This document shows, one piece after another, positions 17,470 to 27,857 of a stretch of DNA of 41,213 nt. This DNA is from a virus. Its lineage: Duplodnaviria; Heunggongvirae; Uroviricota; Caudoviricetes. The first letter of the stretch is position 1; each line of letters begins with the position of its first letter. The translations under genes and the position numbers were made by a program. Under the pieces are notes generated by a model that did not search any database, was not told the DNA's origin, and saw only the letters and a program-made list of their open reading frames with translations. The DNA lies in IMG/VR virus record IMGVR_UViG_2554235185_000012. One strand, given 5' to 3'.

Positions 17470-18018
17470 CTAGCTCTGTGGCGTGCTTAAGCATTTTGCT
17501 TCGTAATGTACCCTCATGGAAAACATAGCGAATAACATAATGAGCTTATCGCGTAAGCTTGTAGAGGATCCCGTGAAACTTACAACCCTAGTTTCTGCTC
17601 CGTAAACCCCAAGCTTAAAATCTCTAATGGGGGTCAAGCTATCAGGGTAACCGTGCTCCATTAGACTTGTTAAGGAGTCAATCTCACTGTTAGTGATGTC
17701 AGAGTTGTTAATTTGATGTGAACGTTTGTTTCTGAAGTTGTTGAACCTTCGAATAAATTTGTTTAGCTCTGAGCTCATCCCATAGTTCATCGCAAGCTGA
17801 GCTTTAATGGCAAAATCCATGTTGATATTTTCGCCAAAACCGCTGAAGAAATCCCTGTTACCAGAGGCACAGATAATCCAAGCTTCCAAGATTTGTTCAA
17901 TCAAAAGGTGAGTGCGGAGATAGATACCAATGTCATCTTGGGACCGAACTATAGTCATTATTCTATCGGGTTGATGGGATGCTAAAGTCAACTCTTCAAA
18001 ATGAGTAAAATCAAACAT
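17470..18018 (-). CDS. Hypothetical protein with RNxxxH (HEPN-like) motif, first gene of the cargo operon
   Basis: AAGGA Shine-Dalgarno; motif F95-R96-N97-K98-R99-S100-H101 fits the HEPN Rx4-6H pattern; AT-rich. Confidence 0.55.
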   Translation of the reverse strand: MFDFTHFEELTLASHQPDRIMTIVRSQDDIGIYLRTHLLIEQILEAWIICASGNRDFFSGFGENINMDFAIKAQLAMNYGMSSELNKFIRRFNNFRNKRSHQINNSDITNSEIDSLTSLMEHGYPDSLTPIRDFKLGVYGAETRVVSFTGSSTSLRDKLIMLFAMFSMRVHYEAKCLSTPQS

Positions 18019-18193
18019 ATTGATTCCTTGTAGAGGCTATTTTGTTGCTAATATCTTGTAAATTTGAACGTTTACTATCGATTTGTCTAACAAAAAAATC
18101 CTGAGGTTTTTATGGCAAAACCGTAGTGGAATACGCTTCGATTCTGAAAAGGATGCCACATATCGCACGTGAACCAACCAAGAGTATTATGCA

Positions 18194-18544
18194 ATGCCCT
18201 CACGAACCCCAAAAGCCTGCCGTGTTCGCGGCTGCCGCTCTACAACCACAGACCCTTCAGGCTACTGCGAAAGCCACAAAAGCGAAGGCTGGAAGCAATA
18301 CAAACCTGGACAATCCCGTCATCAGCGCGGCTACGGTTCGAAGTGGGACAGTATCCGCGCGCGTGTCCTGAAGCGTGACAAAGGCCTGTGTCAGTTATGT
18401 CTGCGTGCTGGTGTGGTGCGTGAGGCGAAGACCGTTGACCACATCATCCCTAAATCGCATGGCGGCACTGATGTCGACAGTAATCTGCAGAGTTTGTGCT
18501 GGCCGTGTCATAAGGCGAAGACGGCCCGTGAACGGTTGAAGTGA
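18194..18544 (+). CDS. HNH endonuclease (terminase-associated)
   Basis: Cys pairs (CRVRGC, CQLC, CWPCH) and DHIIPKSHGG HNH motif; directly upstream of the terminase small subunit. Confidence 0.8.
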   Translation: MPSRTPKACRVRGCRSTTTDPSGYCESHKSEGWKQYKPGQSRHQRGYGSKWDSIRARVLKRDKGLCQLCLRAGVVREAKTVDHIIPKSHGGTDVDSNLQSLCWPCHKAKTARERLK

Positions 18545-18669
18545 TAATAATTCTCAACTGCCTGAGGGGAGGGGCGGGTCAAATCCCTGCGGCCTGACGT
18601 CTTCCGGACTGCCCGCCCCATCGTTTTTTTATACCCGCGAAAAATGAAATTTAACCAGGAGTGCCGCAT

Positions 18670-19164
18670 ATGGCTGGAACGGCGGGGCGTTCCGGGCGTC
18701 GCCCCAAGCCAACGGCGCGCAAGGCGCTGGCCGGAAACCCCGGCAAGCGAGCCCTGAATAAAGATGAACCTGTTTTTACGCCCATCAAAGGTGTTGAGCC
18801 ACCGGAGTGGTTCGCTGAAGAAGATCTCCCTCTCGCTACGATCATGTGGCAACTGACAACTAAAGAACTCTGCGGTCAGGGCCTGCTGTGCGTGACTGAC
18901 CTTGCGGTGCTTGAGCGGTGGTGCGTGGCCTACGAGTTCTGGCGACGTGCCGTGAAAAATATTGCCAGACAGGGCAACACCATCACCGGTGCAATGGGCG
19001 GTATGGTCAAAAATCCGGAGCTGACTGCCAAAAAAGAACAGGAGTCCGAGATGAGCAGTACGGGGGCAATGCTCGGACTCGACCCCAGCAGCCGCCAGCG
19101 TCTGATTGGCCTGGCGGGGAAGAAGAAAGCCACTAACCCGTTTCTGAAAATCATCGAATCATGA
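18670..19164 (+). CDS. Terminase small subunit (P27-like)
   Basis: Starts [14 protein letters not shown], typical of P27-family small terminase; stop overlaps the large-subunit ATG. Confidence 0.75.
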   Translation: MAGTAGRSGRRPKPTARKALAGNPGKRALNKDEPVFTPIKGVEPPEWFAEEDLPLATIMWQLTTKELCGQGLLCVTDLAVLERWCVAYEFWRRAVKNIARQGNTITGAMGGMVKNPELTAKKEQESEMSSTGAMLGLDPSSRQRLIGLAGKKKATNPFLKIIES

Positions 19165-20894
19165 GCCGGAAATCTTACCCCAACGTAAATGCTGCAAATC
19201 AGTATGCCCGGGATGTCGTCCGCGGAAAGATTGTTGCCTGCCAGTTTGTGATTCAGGCCTGCCAGCGCCATCTTGATGACCTGATGGCGGAAAAAAGTAA
19301 GTCGTTTCGTTACCGCTTCGACAAGGACCTGGCTGAACGGGCCGCGAAATTTATTCAGCTGTTGCCGCACACCAAGGGGGAGTGGGCATTCAAACGGATG
19401 CCCATCACGCTGGAGCCGTGGCAGCTATTTGTGATCTGCTGTGCGTTTGGCTGGGTCAATAAAGGCACCCGGTTGCGCCGCTTCCGGGAGGTGTACACCG
19501 AAATCCCCCGTAAGAACGGCAAATCAGCAATCTCTGCCGGTGTTGCCCTGTATTGTTTTGCCTGTGATAACGAGTTTGGCGCGGAAGTGTATTCCGGTGC
19601 CACGACAGAGAAACAGGCGTGGGAAGTCTTTCGCCCGGCGCGACTGATGTGTAAACGCACACCCATGCTGACGGAAGCGTTCGGGATTGAGGTTAACGCC
19701 TCAAACATGAACCGTCCGGAGGATGGCGCGCGGTTTGAACCGCTGATCGGCAACCCAGGTGATGGTTCATCACCCCACTGTGCCGTGGTTGATGAATATC
19801 ACGAGCATGCCACCGATGCGCTTTATACCACAATGCTTACCGGGATGGGGGCGCGACGTCAGCCACTGATGTGGGCCATCACCACCGCCGGGTACAACAT
19901 TGAGGGGCCGTGCTACGACAAGCGGCGGGAAGTCATCGAGATGCTCAACGGCTCGGTGCCTAACGATGAACTGTTCGGGATCATCTATACCGTTGATGAA
20001 GGTGACGACTGGACCGACCCGCAGGTGCTGGAAAAAGCCAATCCAAATATTGGCGTGTCGGTTTATCGCGAATTTTTGTTAAGTCAGCAGCAGCGTGCGA
20101 AAAATAACGCCCGTCTGGCAAACGTCTTTAAAACAAAACACCTCAATATCTGGGTGTCGGCGCGTTCGGCGTATTTCAACCTGGTGAGCTGGCAGAGCTG
20201 CGAGGATAAATCACTGACTCTTGAGCAGTTCGAGGGGCAGCCGTGCATTCTGGCCTTTGACCTGGCGCGTAAGCTGGATATGAACAGCATGGCGCGACTT
20301 TATACCCGCGAGATTGACGGTAAAACGCATTACTACAGTGTGGCCCCGCGTTTCTGGGTACCGTATGACACGGTGTACAGCGTCGAGAAAAATGAAGATC
20401 GCCGGACAGCCGAACGCTTTCAGAAATGGGTGGAAATGGGCGTTCTGACCGTTACCGATGGTGCAGAGGTGGATTATCGCTACATCCTCGAAGAGGCCAA
20501 AGCGGCGAACAAAATCAGCCCGGTCAGTGAGTCACCCATCGACCCTTTCGGAGCGACCGGGCTGTCACATGACCTTGCTGATGAAGACCTGAATCCCGTT
20601 ACTATCGTCCAGAACTTCGCCAATATGTCCGACCCGATGAAAGAGCTGGAGGCAGCGATTGAATCGGGACGCTTTCATCATGACGGCAATCCCATCATGA
20701 CCTGGTGTATCGGCAATGTGGTCGGCAAAAACATGCCAGGTAACGATGATTTAGTGAAGCCCGTCAAAGAGCAGGCGGAAAACAAAATCGATGGTGCAGT
20801 TGCGCTGATTATGGCGGTTGGCAGAGCCATGCTGTACGAGAAAGAAGACACGCTGTCTGACCACATTGAGTCCTATGGGATCCGCTCGCTTTAA
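19161..20894 (+). CDS. Terminase large subunit
   Basis: 577 aa; Walker-type GATTEKQ segment; position and size. Confidence 0.85.
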
Positions 20895-20905
20895 CTGAGG
20901 TAATT

Positions 20906-21088
20906 ATGATCATGCTGATTCTCGCGCCTCTGGTGGGCGTGCTGGGGGCGCTTTTGCTGGCGTATGGTGCCTGGCTGATTTATCCCCCGGCGGGGTTTGT
21001 TGTTGCCGGGGCGTTGTGTCTGTTCTGGTCGTGGCTGGTGGCGCGATATCTCGACCGTACACAGTCGTCTGTCGGCGGAGGTAAATAG
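20906..21088 (+). CDS. Small hydrophobic membrane protein (60 aa)
   Basis: Two hydrophobic segments; fills the gap between terminase and portal. Confidence 0.4.
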
Positions 21089-22329
21089 TGTTCTTTTCGG
21101 GATTATTTCAACGAAAAAGTGACGCACCGGTGACCACGCCAGCAGAGCTGGCGGATGTTATCGGGTTGTCCTACGACACCTATACCGGAAAGCAGATCAG
21201 CAGCCAGCGGGCCATGCGACTGACGGCGGTTTTTTCCTGTGTCAGGGTGCTGGCGGAGTCGGTCGGGATGTTGCCCTGCAACCTGTATCACCTGAACGGC
21301 AGTCTGAAGCAGAGAGCCGCTGGCGAACGTCTGCATAAGCTGATCTCCACGCATCCCAATGGCTATATGACGCCGCAGGAGTTCTGGGAGCTGGTGGTCA
21401 CCTGTCTGTGCCTGCGGGGAAACTTTTACGCCTACAAAGTGAAAGCATTTGGCGAAGTGGCTGAACTGCTGCCCGTCGATCCCGGCTGTGTGGTACCGAA
21501 GCTTAACAGTAGCTGGGAGCCGGTCTATCAGGTCACATTCCCGGATGGCTCCACGGATGTACTGAGCCAGGAGGATATCTGGCATGTGCGCACGCTGACG
21601 CTGGACGGACTGGTGGGGCTGAATCCCATCGCCTATGCCCGCGAGGCAATATCGCTGGCGGCAGCGACCGAAGAGCACGGGGCCAGACTGTTTAGCAATG
21701 GCGCGGTGACGTCGGGTGTGTTGCGTACAGAGCAGACGCTGTCAGATCAGGCTTATGAGCGCCTGAAGAAAGATTTTGAGGAGCGTCACACCGGGCTTGG
21801 CAATGCTCACCGCCCGATGATCCTTGAGATGGGGCTGGACTGGAAGTCGATGGCGCTGAACGCCGAGGACAGCCAGTTCCTGGAAACCCGCAAGTTTCAG
21901 CTTGAAGAAATCTGTCGTCTGTTCCGGGTGCCGTTGCACATGGTGCAGAACACCGATCGCGCCACCTTCAACAATATCGAAGAGCTGGGGCTGGGATTTA
22001 TCAACTATTCACTGGTGCCGTATCTGACCCGCATCGAACAGCGGATCAACACCGGACTGGTACGAAAAAGTAAGCAGGGCGTTTATTACGCCAAATTTAA
22101 CGCCGGGGCGTTACTGCGCGGGGATATGAAGTCCCGTTTTGAAGCCTACGCCACCGGGATCAACTGGGGAATTTACTCTCCCAATGACTGCCGCGACCTG
22201 GAAGATATGAATCCACGACCCGGTGGTGATGTCTATCTCACACCGATGAACATGACCACGAAACCCTCCGATGGCAGTAAAGCCGGTAAGCAGAAGGATA
22301 ACGCCAATGCAGACGAAACAACGTCTTGA
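21088..22329 (+). CDS. Portal protein (HK97-type)
   Basis: 413 aa directly after terminase; size and order. Confidence 0.8.
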   Translation: MFFSGLFQRKSDAPVTTPAELADVIGLSYDTYTGKQISSQRAMRLTAVFSCVRVLAESVGMLPCNLYHLNGSLKQRAAGERLHKLISTHPNGYMTPQEFWELVVTCLCLRGNFYAYKVKAFGEVAELLPVDPGCVVPKLNSSWEPVYQVTFPDGSTDVLSQEDIWHVRTLTLDGLVGLNPIAYAREAISLAAATEEHGARLFSNGAVTSGVLRTEQTLSDQAYERLKKDFEERHTGLGNAHRPMILEMGLDWKSMALNAEDSQFLETRKFQLEEICRLFRVPLHMVQNTDRATFNNIEELGLGFINYSLVPYLTRIEQRINTGLVRKSKQGVYYAKFNAGALLRGDMKSRFEAYATGINWGIYSPNDCRDLEDMNPRPGGDVYLTPMNMTTKPSDGSKAGKQKDNANADETTS

Positions 22330-22957
22330 TGTACCGCTGAGTCTGAAATCTGTCAGTGACTCCGGTGAGTTTGAAGGGTATGGCTCCGTCTTTGGTGTAA
22401 AGGACAGCCACGATGATGTGGTGATGTCCGGGGCATTTGCTGCTTCCCTGCGGGCGTGGAGTGACAGAAAAGCGTTACCTGCGCTGCTCTGGCAGCACCG
22501 CATGGATGAACCCATCGGTGTTTACACCGAAATGAAGGAAGACGATGTCGGGCTTTACGTCAGGGGACGGTTGCTTATTGATGATGATCCCCTCGCAAAA
22601 CGCGCACATGCACACATGAAGGCCGGTTCGTTAACCGGCCTTTCTATTGGGTACGTCCTGAAAGACTGGGAATACGACCGGAGCAAAGAAGCCTTTCTGC
22701 TGAAAGAAATCGACCTCTGGGAAGTCAGCCTGGTGACGTTCCCGTCTAACGACGAGGCGCGGATCAGCGACGTCAAGAACGCACTGGCCCGCGGGGAAAT
22801 CCCCGAACAGAAAAAAATCGAAAGAGTCCTGCGTGATGTCGGACTCTCCCGTACCCAGGCCAAAGCATTCATGGCCGGGGGCTATGGCGCACTGTCCCTG
22901 CGCGACGCTGAGGATGTGGGCTCTGCACTGAATGCACTGAAAAATCTGAACTTCTAA
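22307..22957 (+). CDS. Prohead maturation protease (HK97 S78 type)
   Basis: Positioned between portal and major capsid; AAGGA Shine-Dalgarno before ATG 22307. Confidence 0.75.
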   Translation: MQTKQRLDVPLSLKSVSDSGEFEGYGSVFGVKDSHDDVVMSGAFAASLRAWSDRKALPALLWQHRMDEPIGVYTEMKEDDVGLYVRGRLLIDDDPLAKRAHAHMKAGSLTGLSIGYVLKDWEYDRSKEAFLLKEIDLWEVSLVTFPSNDEARISDVKNALARGEIPEQKKIERVLRDVGLSRTQAKAFMAGGYGALSLRDAEDVGSALNALKNLNF

Positions 22958-22971
22958 TCAGGAGAAATACG

Positions 22972-24177
22972 ATGGCGGTTGATATTAAAGATGTCGAACA
23001 GGTCGCGCAGGAGCTGCAGCAGAAGTTTGACGACTTCAAAGCAAAGAACGACAAGCGCGTGGATGCGATTGAGCAGGAAAAAGGCAAGCTTGCCGGGCAG
23101 GTGGAAACCCTGAACGGGAAACTCAGCGAGCTGGAAAATCTCAAAAGCGACCTTGAAAAAGAGCTGCTTGAGCTGAAACGTCCGGCAGGTGGAGCGCAAA
23201 ATAAACTGGCCACCGAGCATAAAGAGGCGTTTGTGGGCTTCCTGCGTAAAGGCCGTGAAGACGGTCTGCGCGATCTGGAGCGTAAGGCATTGCAGGTGGG
23301 TACCGATGAAGACGGTGGCTACGCCGTGCCGGAAGAACTGGATCGCAACATTCTTAACCTGCTGAAAGATGAAGTGGTGATGCGTCAGGAAGCCACGGTG
23401 ATCACCGTTGGCGGTTCCGACTACAAAAAACTGGTGAATCTGGGCGGTACGGCTTCCGGATGGGTGGGGGAAACGGATACGCGATCCCAGACTGCCACCT
23501 CCAGACTGGAGCTGATTGAACCTCTCATGGGGGAAATCTACGGCAACCCGCAGGCTACCCAGAAAATGCTGGACGATGCCTTCTTCAACGTGGAGGCCTG
23601 GATCAACAGCGAGCTGGCAACCGAATTTGCCGAACAGGAAGAAATTGCCTTTACCTCAGGCAATGGCACCAAGAAGCCGAAAGGGTTCCTGGCGTATGAA
23701 TCCACTGATGAAACCGACAAGGTCCGGGCGTTCGGCAAACTTCAGCATATTGTATCCGGCGAAGCGACCGCGGTGACCGCAGACGCCATTATCAAACTGA
23801 TTTACACGCTGCGTAAGGCACACCGCACTGGCGCGAAGTTCATGATGAACAACAACAGCCTGTTTGCCATACGTCTGCTGAAAGACACCGAGGGTAACTA
23901 TCTGTGGCGTCCGGGGCTGGAACTGGGGCAGCCGTCCTCTCTGGCGGGTTACGGTATCGCTGAAAACGAACAGATGCCGGATATCGCCGCTGATGCGAAA
24001 GCCATTGCATTTGGTAACTTCAAACGGGGTTACACCATCGTTGACCGTATCGGCACCCGCATTCTGCGTGACCCGTACACCAATAAACCGTTTGTCGGTT
24101 TTTATACCACCAAGCGCACCGGCGGGATGCTGGTCGATTCGCAGGCCATCAAACTGCTGAAGATTGCAGCGGCGTAA
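22972..24177 (+). CDS. Major capsid protein (HK97 fold) with N-terminal coiled-coil delta domain
   Basis: 401 aa; heptad-rich N-terminus then capsid domain; followed by a GC hairpin at 24183..24205. Confidence 0.85.
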   Translation: MAVDIKDVEQVAQELQQKFDDFKAKNDKRVDAIEQEKGKLAGQVETLNGKLSELENLKSDLEKELLELKRPAGGAQNKLATEHKEAFVGFLRKGREDGLRDLERKALQVGTDEDGGYAVPEELDRNILNLLKDEVVMRQEATVITVGGSDYKKLVNLGGTASGWVGETDTRSQTATSRLELIEPLMGEIYGNPQATQKMLDDAFFNVEAWINSELATEFAEQEEIAFTSGNGTKKPKGFLAYESTDETDKVRAFGKLQHIVSGEATAVTADAIIKLIYTLRKAHRTGAKFMMNNNSLFAIRLLKDTEGNYLWRPGLELGQPSSLAGYGIAENEQMPDIAADAKAIAFGNFKRGYTIVDRIGTRILRDPYTNKPFVGFYTTKRTGGMLVDSQAIKLLKIAAA

Positions 24178-24226
24178 TCACTCAGGGGCGCGGAACCGCG
24201 CCCCCTGTTCTGACGGGTGAAGAATC

Positions 24227-24427
24227 ATGATCCTGAAACAAGATCTGAAATGGTCACCGGACGGTATGCGTGTTGAGGTCATTCGGGCCGGTGAGTATGA
24301 CGACGGGGCGCTTCCTGCCCGGGTGCAGGAGATTGCACTTCAGGCCGGGTTAGCAGAGCGCGGAATCAGTGCAAAAAGCAGTAAAGCGGCAAAAGAAAAA
24401 AAAGCCACGACCAGTAAAGAGGGCTGA
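24227..24427 (+). CDS. Hypothetical small head-associated protein (66 aa)
   Basis: ORF between capsid and connector genes. Confidence 0.35.
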   Translation: MILKQDLKWSPDGMRVEVIRAGEYDDGALPARVQEIALQAGLAERGISAKSSKAAKEKKATTSKEG

Positions 24428-24429
24428 GT

Positions 24430-24753
24430 ATGCTTCTGACAATGGAAGAGATTAAAGCCCAACTCCGGCTGGATGAGGATTTCGATGCTGATGACCGCCA
24501 TCTGCAACTGCTGGCCTGTGCGGCACAAAAGCGGACGGAAACGTATCTGAACCGGAAGCTCTATGCACCGGATGAAACCATTCCGGACAGCGATCCGGAC
24601 GGGCTGCACCTGCCGGATGATATTCGTCTGGGGATGCTGATGCTTATCAGCCATTTTTACGAAAACCGCTCGTCGGTTACGGAAGTGGAGAAACTCGACA
24701 TGCCGCAGAGTTTTGGCTGGCTTGTCGGCCCGTACAGGTACTTTCCGCAATGA
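24430..24753 (+). CDS. Head-tail connector (gp6-like)
   Basis: 107 aa; position and acidic character. Confidence 0.6.
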   Translation: MLLTMEEIKAQLRLDEDFDADDRHLQLLACAAQKRTETYLNRKLYAPDETIPDSDPDGLHLPDDIRLGMLMLISHFYENRSSVTEVEKLDMPQSFGWLVGPYRYFPQ

Positions 24754-25160
24754 AAATTCGTCAGGCGCAGACCAGCGCAACCTACATTCTGCCGGACCCC
24801 GGTGAACTGAATAAACGCGTCCTGATCCGCCAGCGGGTGGATATGCCCGCGGATAACTTTGGCGTGGAGCCTCAATACCCGGTTACGTTCCGGACATGGG
24901 CGAAGGTTATCCAGACCAGTGCCACCACCTGGCAGGAAACCGCGCAGACCGGGGACGCCATCACCCATTACATCACCATTCGTTACCGCCGGGGGATCAC
25001 TGCTGATTATGAGGTGGTCTGTGATGACAGTGTGTACCGGGTGAAACGTCAGCGTGATCTGAACGGGGCGCGGCGCTTTCTGCTGCTGGAGTGTACGGAG
25101 CTGGGCGAATGTAGGCAGAGTCACGGAGGCAGCAATGGCGACTCCCTTTTTTCACGTTGA
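24750..25160 (+). CDS. Head-tail adaptor / head closure protein
   Basis: Order in head-completion module; start overlaps upstream stop. Confidence 0.55.
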   Translation: MKIRQAQTSATYILPDPGELNKRVLIRQRVDMPADNFGVEPQYPVTFRTWAKVIQTSATTWQETAQTGDAITHYITIRYRRGITADYEVVCDDSVYRVKRQRDLNGARRFLLLECTELGECRQSHGGSNGDSLFSR

Positions 25161-25641
25161 TGTTCAGCAGCCCGCCGAGATGCGCTTTAACCGCGCCCGT
25201 GTCCGGAGGGCGTTTGTCACGATTGGGCAGCGTCATATGCGTGATGCCCGTCGGCTGGTGATGCGCCGTGCGCGGTCGGCACCGGGTGAAAACCCCGGTT
25301 ATCAGACCGGACGCCTGGCTCGTTCGATTGGTTATATGGTGCCGAGAGCCAGTAAAAAGCGAGCCGGTTTTATGACACGCATTGCACCTAACCAGCGCAA
25401 CGGGAAGGGGAACCGGATGATCTCTGGTGACTTCTATCCGGCGTTTCTGTTTTTTGGTGTCCGGGGAGGAGCAAAACGTCGTCGTAGTCATCATCGTGGT
25501 GCATCCGGTGGCAGCGGCTGGCGACTGGCTCCACGTAATAACTTCATGGTGGAAACTCTTGAAAAGAACCGCAGCTGGACACGCTATTTTCTGGCGCGGG
25601 AATTGCGTAAATCACTGAAGCCGGAGAGACGACACAGATGA
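25135..25641 (+). CDS. HK97 gp10-like neck/tail-completion protein
   Basis: Basic 168-aa protein in neck module. Confidence 0.5.
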   Translation: MATPFFHVDVQQPAEMRFNRARVRRAFVTIGQRHMRDARRLVMRRARSAPGENPGYQTGRLARSIGYMVPRASKKRAGFMTRIAPNQRNGKGNRMISGDFYPAFLFFGVRGGAKRRRSHHRGASGGSGWRLAPRNNFMVETLEKNRSWTRYFLARELRKSLKPERRHR

Positions 25642-26198
25642 AACTGACGCCTGTTATTGCTGCGCTGCGTGCCCGCTGCCCGTATTTTGAAAACCGGGTG
25701 GCAGGCGCGGCACAGTTCAAAAATCTGCCGGAGGTCGGAAAGCTGAGACTCCCGGCGGCGTATGTGGTACCGGGTGATGACTCTCCGGGAGAAAACAAAA
25801 GCCAGACCGACTACTGGCAGGAGCTGAAAGAGGGCTTCTCCGTGGTTGTCATACTGAGTAACGGGCGTGATGAGCGCGGTCAGTTTGCCTCGTATGATGT
25901 GGTGGACGATGTCCGGCAGATGCTCTTTAAGGCCCTGCTGGGCTGGAACCCGGAAGCGTGCGGTAACCCGATTACCTATGACGGCGGCACGCTGCTGGAT
26001 CTGAATCGTCATGAGCTGATTTATCAGTTCGATTTTTCGGTCATCAGCGAGCTGACTGAAGACGATACCCGCCAGCAGGATGATCTGAACAGTCTGGATG
26101 AACTGCAAACGCTGGCGATTGATGTTGATTATCTCGAGCCCGGTAACGGGCCTGACGGCGATATCGAACATCACACCGAAATAACCCTTCCTTCCTGA
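25638..26198 (+). CDS. Mu gp37-like tail terminator-type protein
   Basis: Position immediately before the sheath module. Confidence 0.45.
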   Translation: MKLTPVIAALRARCPYFENRVAGAAQFKNLPEVGKLRLPAAYVVPGDDSPGENKSQTDYWQELKEGFSVVVILSNGRDERGQFASYDVVDDVRQMLFKALLGWNPEACGNPITYDGGTLLDLNRHELIYQFDFSVISELTEDDTRQQDDLNSLDELQTLAIDVDYLEPGNGPDGDIEHHTEITLPS

Positions 26199-26206
26199 GA
26201 ATCTTC

Positions 26207-26377
26207 ATGTTTGTGAAACCTGTTAAAGGGCGGTCAGTGCCTGACCCTGCCCGCGGTGACCTTTTGCCCGTCGAAGGGCGAAATGTTGACGAGAACAACT
26301 ACTGGCTGCGCCGTGAAGCAGCGGGTGATATCCGGCGCGTGAATAAAAAGGTGAACACCGATGACGATAAGCTTTAA
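26207..26377 (+). CDS. Small conserved protein (56 aa, DUF2635-like) preceding the tail sheath; below the ORF-track length cutoff
   Basis: Read directly: ATG at 26207, stop TAA at 26375..26377, overlapping the sheath start. Confidence 0.45.
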   Translation: MFVKPVKGRSVPDPARGDLLPVEGRNVDENNYWLRREAAGDIRRVNKKVNTDDDKL

Positions 26378-27857
26378 CACCATTCCGTCGAATACGCTGG
26401 TTCCGCTGTTTTATGCGGAAATGGATAACCAGGCGGCGAATACTGCACAGGACAGCGGAGCATCGCTGCTGATTGGTCATGCCAATAACGGTGCAGAGAT
26501 TGTTGCCAACAGTCTGGTACTGATGTCGTCGGCAGACTATGCACGCCAGATTTGTGGTGCGGGAAGTCAGCTGGCGCGTATGGTCGAGGCTTATCGCCAG
26601 ACTGACCCGTTTGGCGAGCTGTATGTGATTGCCGTTCCTGAATCCACAGGCGCGGCGGCAACGGTTACGCTGACGGTGACCGGGGCGGCAACCGAAACCG
26701 GCACGGTGAATGTGTATGTGGGACGTACCCGCGTGCAGGCACCGGTGACTAACGGCGATAACGTCACGATGATTGTCAGCAGTATCCAGGATGCCATCAA
26801 TGCCGTTCCGACCCTGCCGTTTACGGCTTCATCTTCGGCAGGCGTGGTCACACTGACCGCGCGTCATAAGGGGCTTTGCGGGAATGAAATTCCTGTCAGC
26901 CTCAATTACTACGGCTTTGGTGGGGGCGAAGTGCTGCCAGCGGGCGTACAGATTGCCGTGGCGACGGGTACCGCCGGAACGGGTGCTCCGGTTCTCACCG
27001 GCGCGGTGGCTGCAATGGCGGATGAGCCGTTTGATTATATCGGCCTGCCGTTCAACGACACGGCCTCCGTTAACACGCTGGTGACCGAGATGAACGATAC
27101 CAGCGGTCGCTGGAGCTATGCGCGTCAGCTGTACGGTCATGTGTATACGGCAAAGATCGGCACGCTGTCAGAACTGGTGACCGCTGGTGACCAGTTTAAC
27201 CAGCAGCACATTACCCTGGCGGGGTACGAAAAAGAGACCCAGACGCCTGCCGACGAGCTGGCGGCAAGCCGTACCGCCCGCGCAGCGGTGTTTATCCGCA
27301 ACGATCCGGCACGTCCCACGCAGACCGGTGAGCTGGTGGGTATGCTGCCTGCGCCGAAGGGGAAACGGTTCACGATGACCGAGCAGCAGACCCTGTTGTC
27401 TCATGGCGTGGCAACGGCGTATGTCGAAAGCGGGGTGCTGCGCATTCAGCGTGATGTCACCACGTACAGGAAAAATTCTTACGGGGTTGCGGATAACAGC
27501 TACCTCGACAGCGAGACGCTGCATACCAGTGCGTATGTACTGCGCAAACTGAAATCCGTCATTACCAGTAAGTACGGGCGTCACAAGCTTGCCAGCGACG
27601 GTACCCGCTTTGGTCCCGGTCAGGCGATTGTCACCCCGGCGGTAATCAAAGGGGAACTGCTGGCAACCTACCGTCAGCTTGAGCGTGCGGGGATCGTGGA
27701 AAACTACGAACTGTTTAAGCAGTACCTGGTTGTGGAGCGTGATGCCAGCGATCCGAACCGCCTGAACACGCTGTTCCCGCCTGACTATGTTAACCAGTTG
27801 CGTGTTTTTGCCGTGGTTAACCAGTTCCGTCTTCAGTATTCAGAGGAGTCTGCATAA
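26361..27857 (+). CDS. Contractile tail sheath protein (Mu L-like)
   Basis: 498 aa followed by a ~118-aa tube gene, then chaperone-with-frameshift and tape measure: canonical contractile-tail order. Confidence 0.8.
   Translation: MTISFNTIPSNTLVPLFYAEMDNQAANTAQDSGASLLIGHANNGAEIVANSLVLMSSADYARQICGAGSQLARMVEAYRQTDPFGELYVIAVPESTGAAATVTLTVTGAATETGTVNVYVGRTRVQAPVTNGDNVTMIVSSIQDAINAVPTLPFTASSSAGVVTLTARHKGLCGNEIPVSLNYYGFGGGEVLPAGVQIAVATGTAGTGAPVLTGAVAAMADEPFDYIGLPFNDTASVNTLVTEMNDTSGRWSYARQLYGHVYTAKIGTLSELVTAGDQFNQQHITLAGYEKETQTPADELAASRTARAAVFIRNDPARPTQTGELVGMLPAPKGKRFTMTEQQTLLSHGVATAYVESGVLRIQRDVTTYRKNSYGVADNSYLDSETLHTSAYVLRKLKSVITSKYGRHKLASDGTRFGPGQAIVTPAVIKGELLATYRQLERAGIVENYELFKQYLVVERDASDPNRLNTLFPPDYVNQLRVFAVVNQFRLQYSEESA

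Noticed and set aside
18545-18669. Intergenic region between HNH and terminase small subunit considered as the cos site
   Set aside because: Plausible by position, but I could not recognise a defined cos or cohesive-end sequence from sequence alone.
24183-24205. GC hairpin (GGGGCGCGG / CCGCGCCCC) after the major capsid gene, considered as a terminator
   Set aside because: No T-run follows; more likely an RNA stability element or attenuator, so not listed as a feature.
19355-27584. Many antisense ORFs within terminase, portal, capsid and sheath genes (e.g. 19355..19753, 21103..21678, 24997..25494, 25584..26174, 27168..27584)
   Set aside because: Fully embedded antisense in GC-rich structural genes whose sense frames are well supported; typical spurious ORFs.
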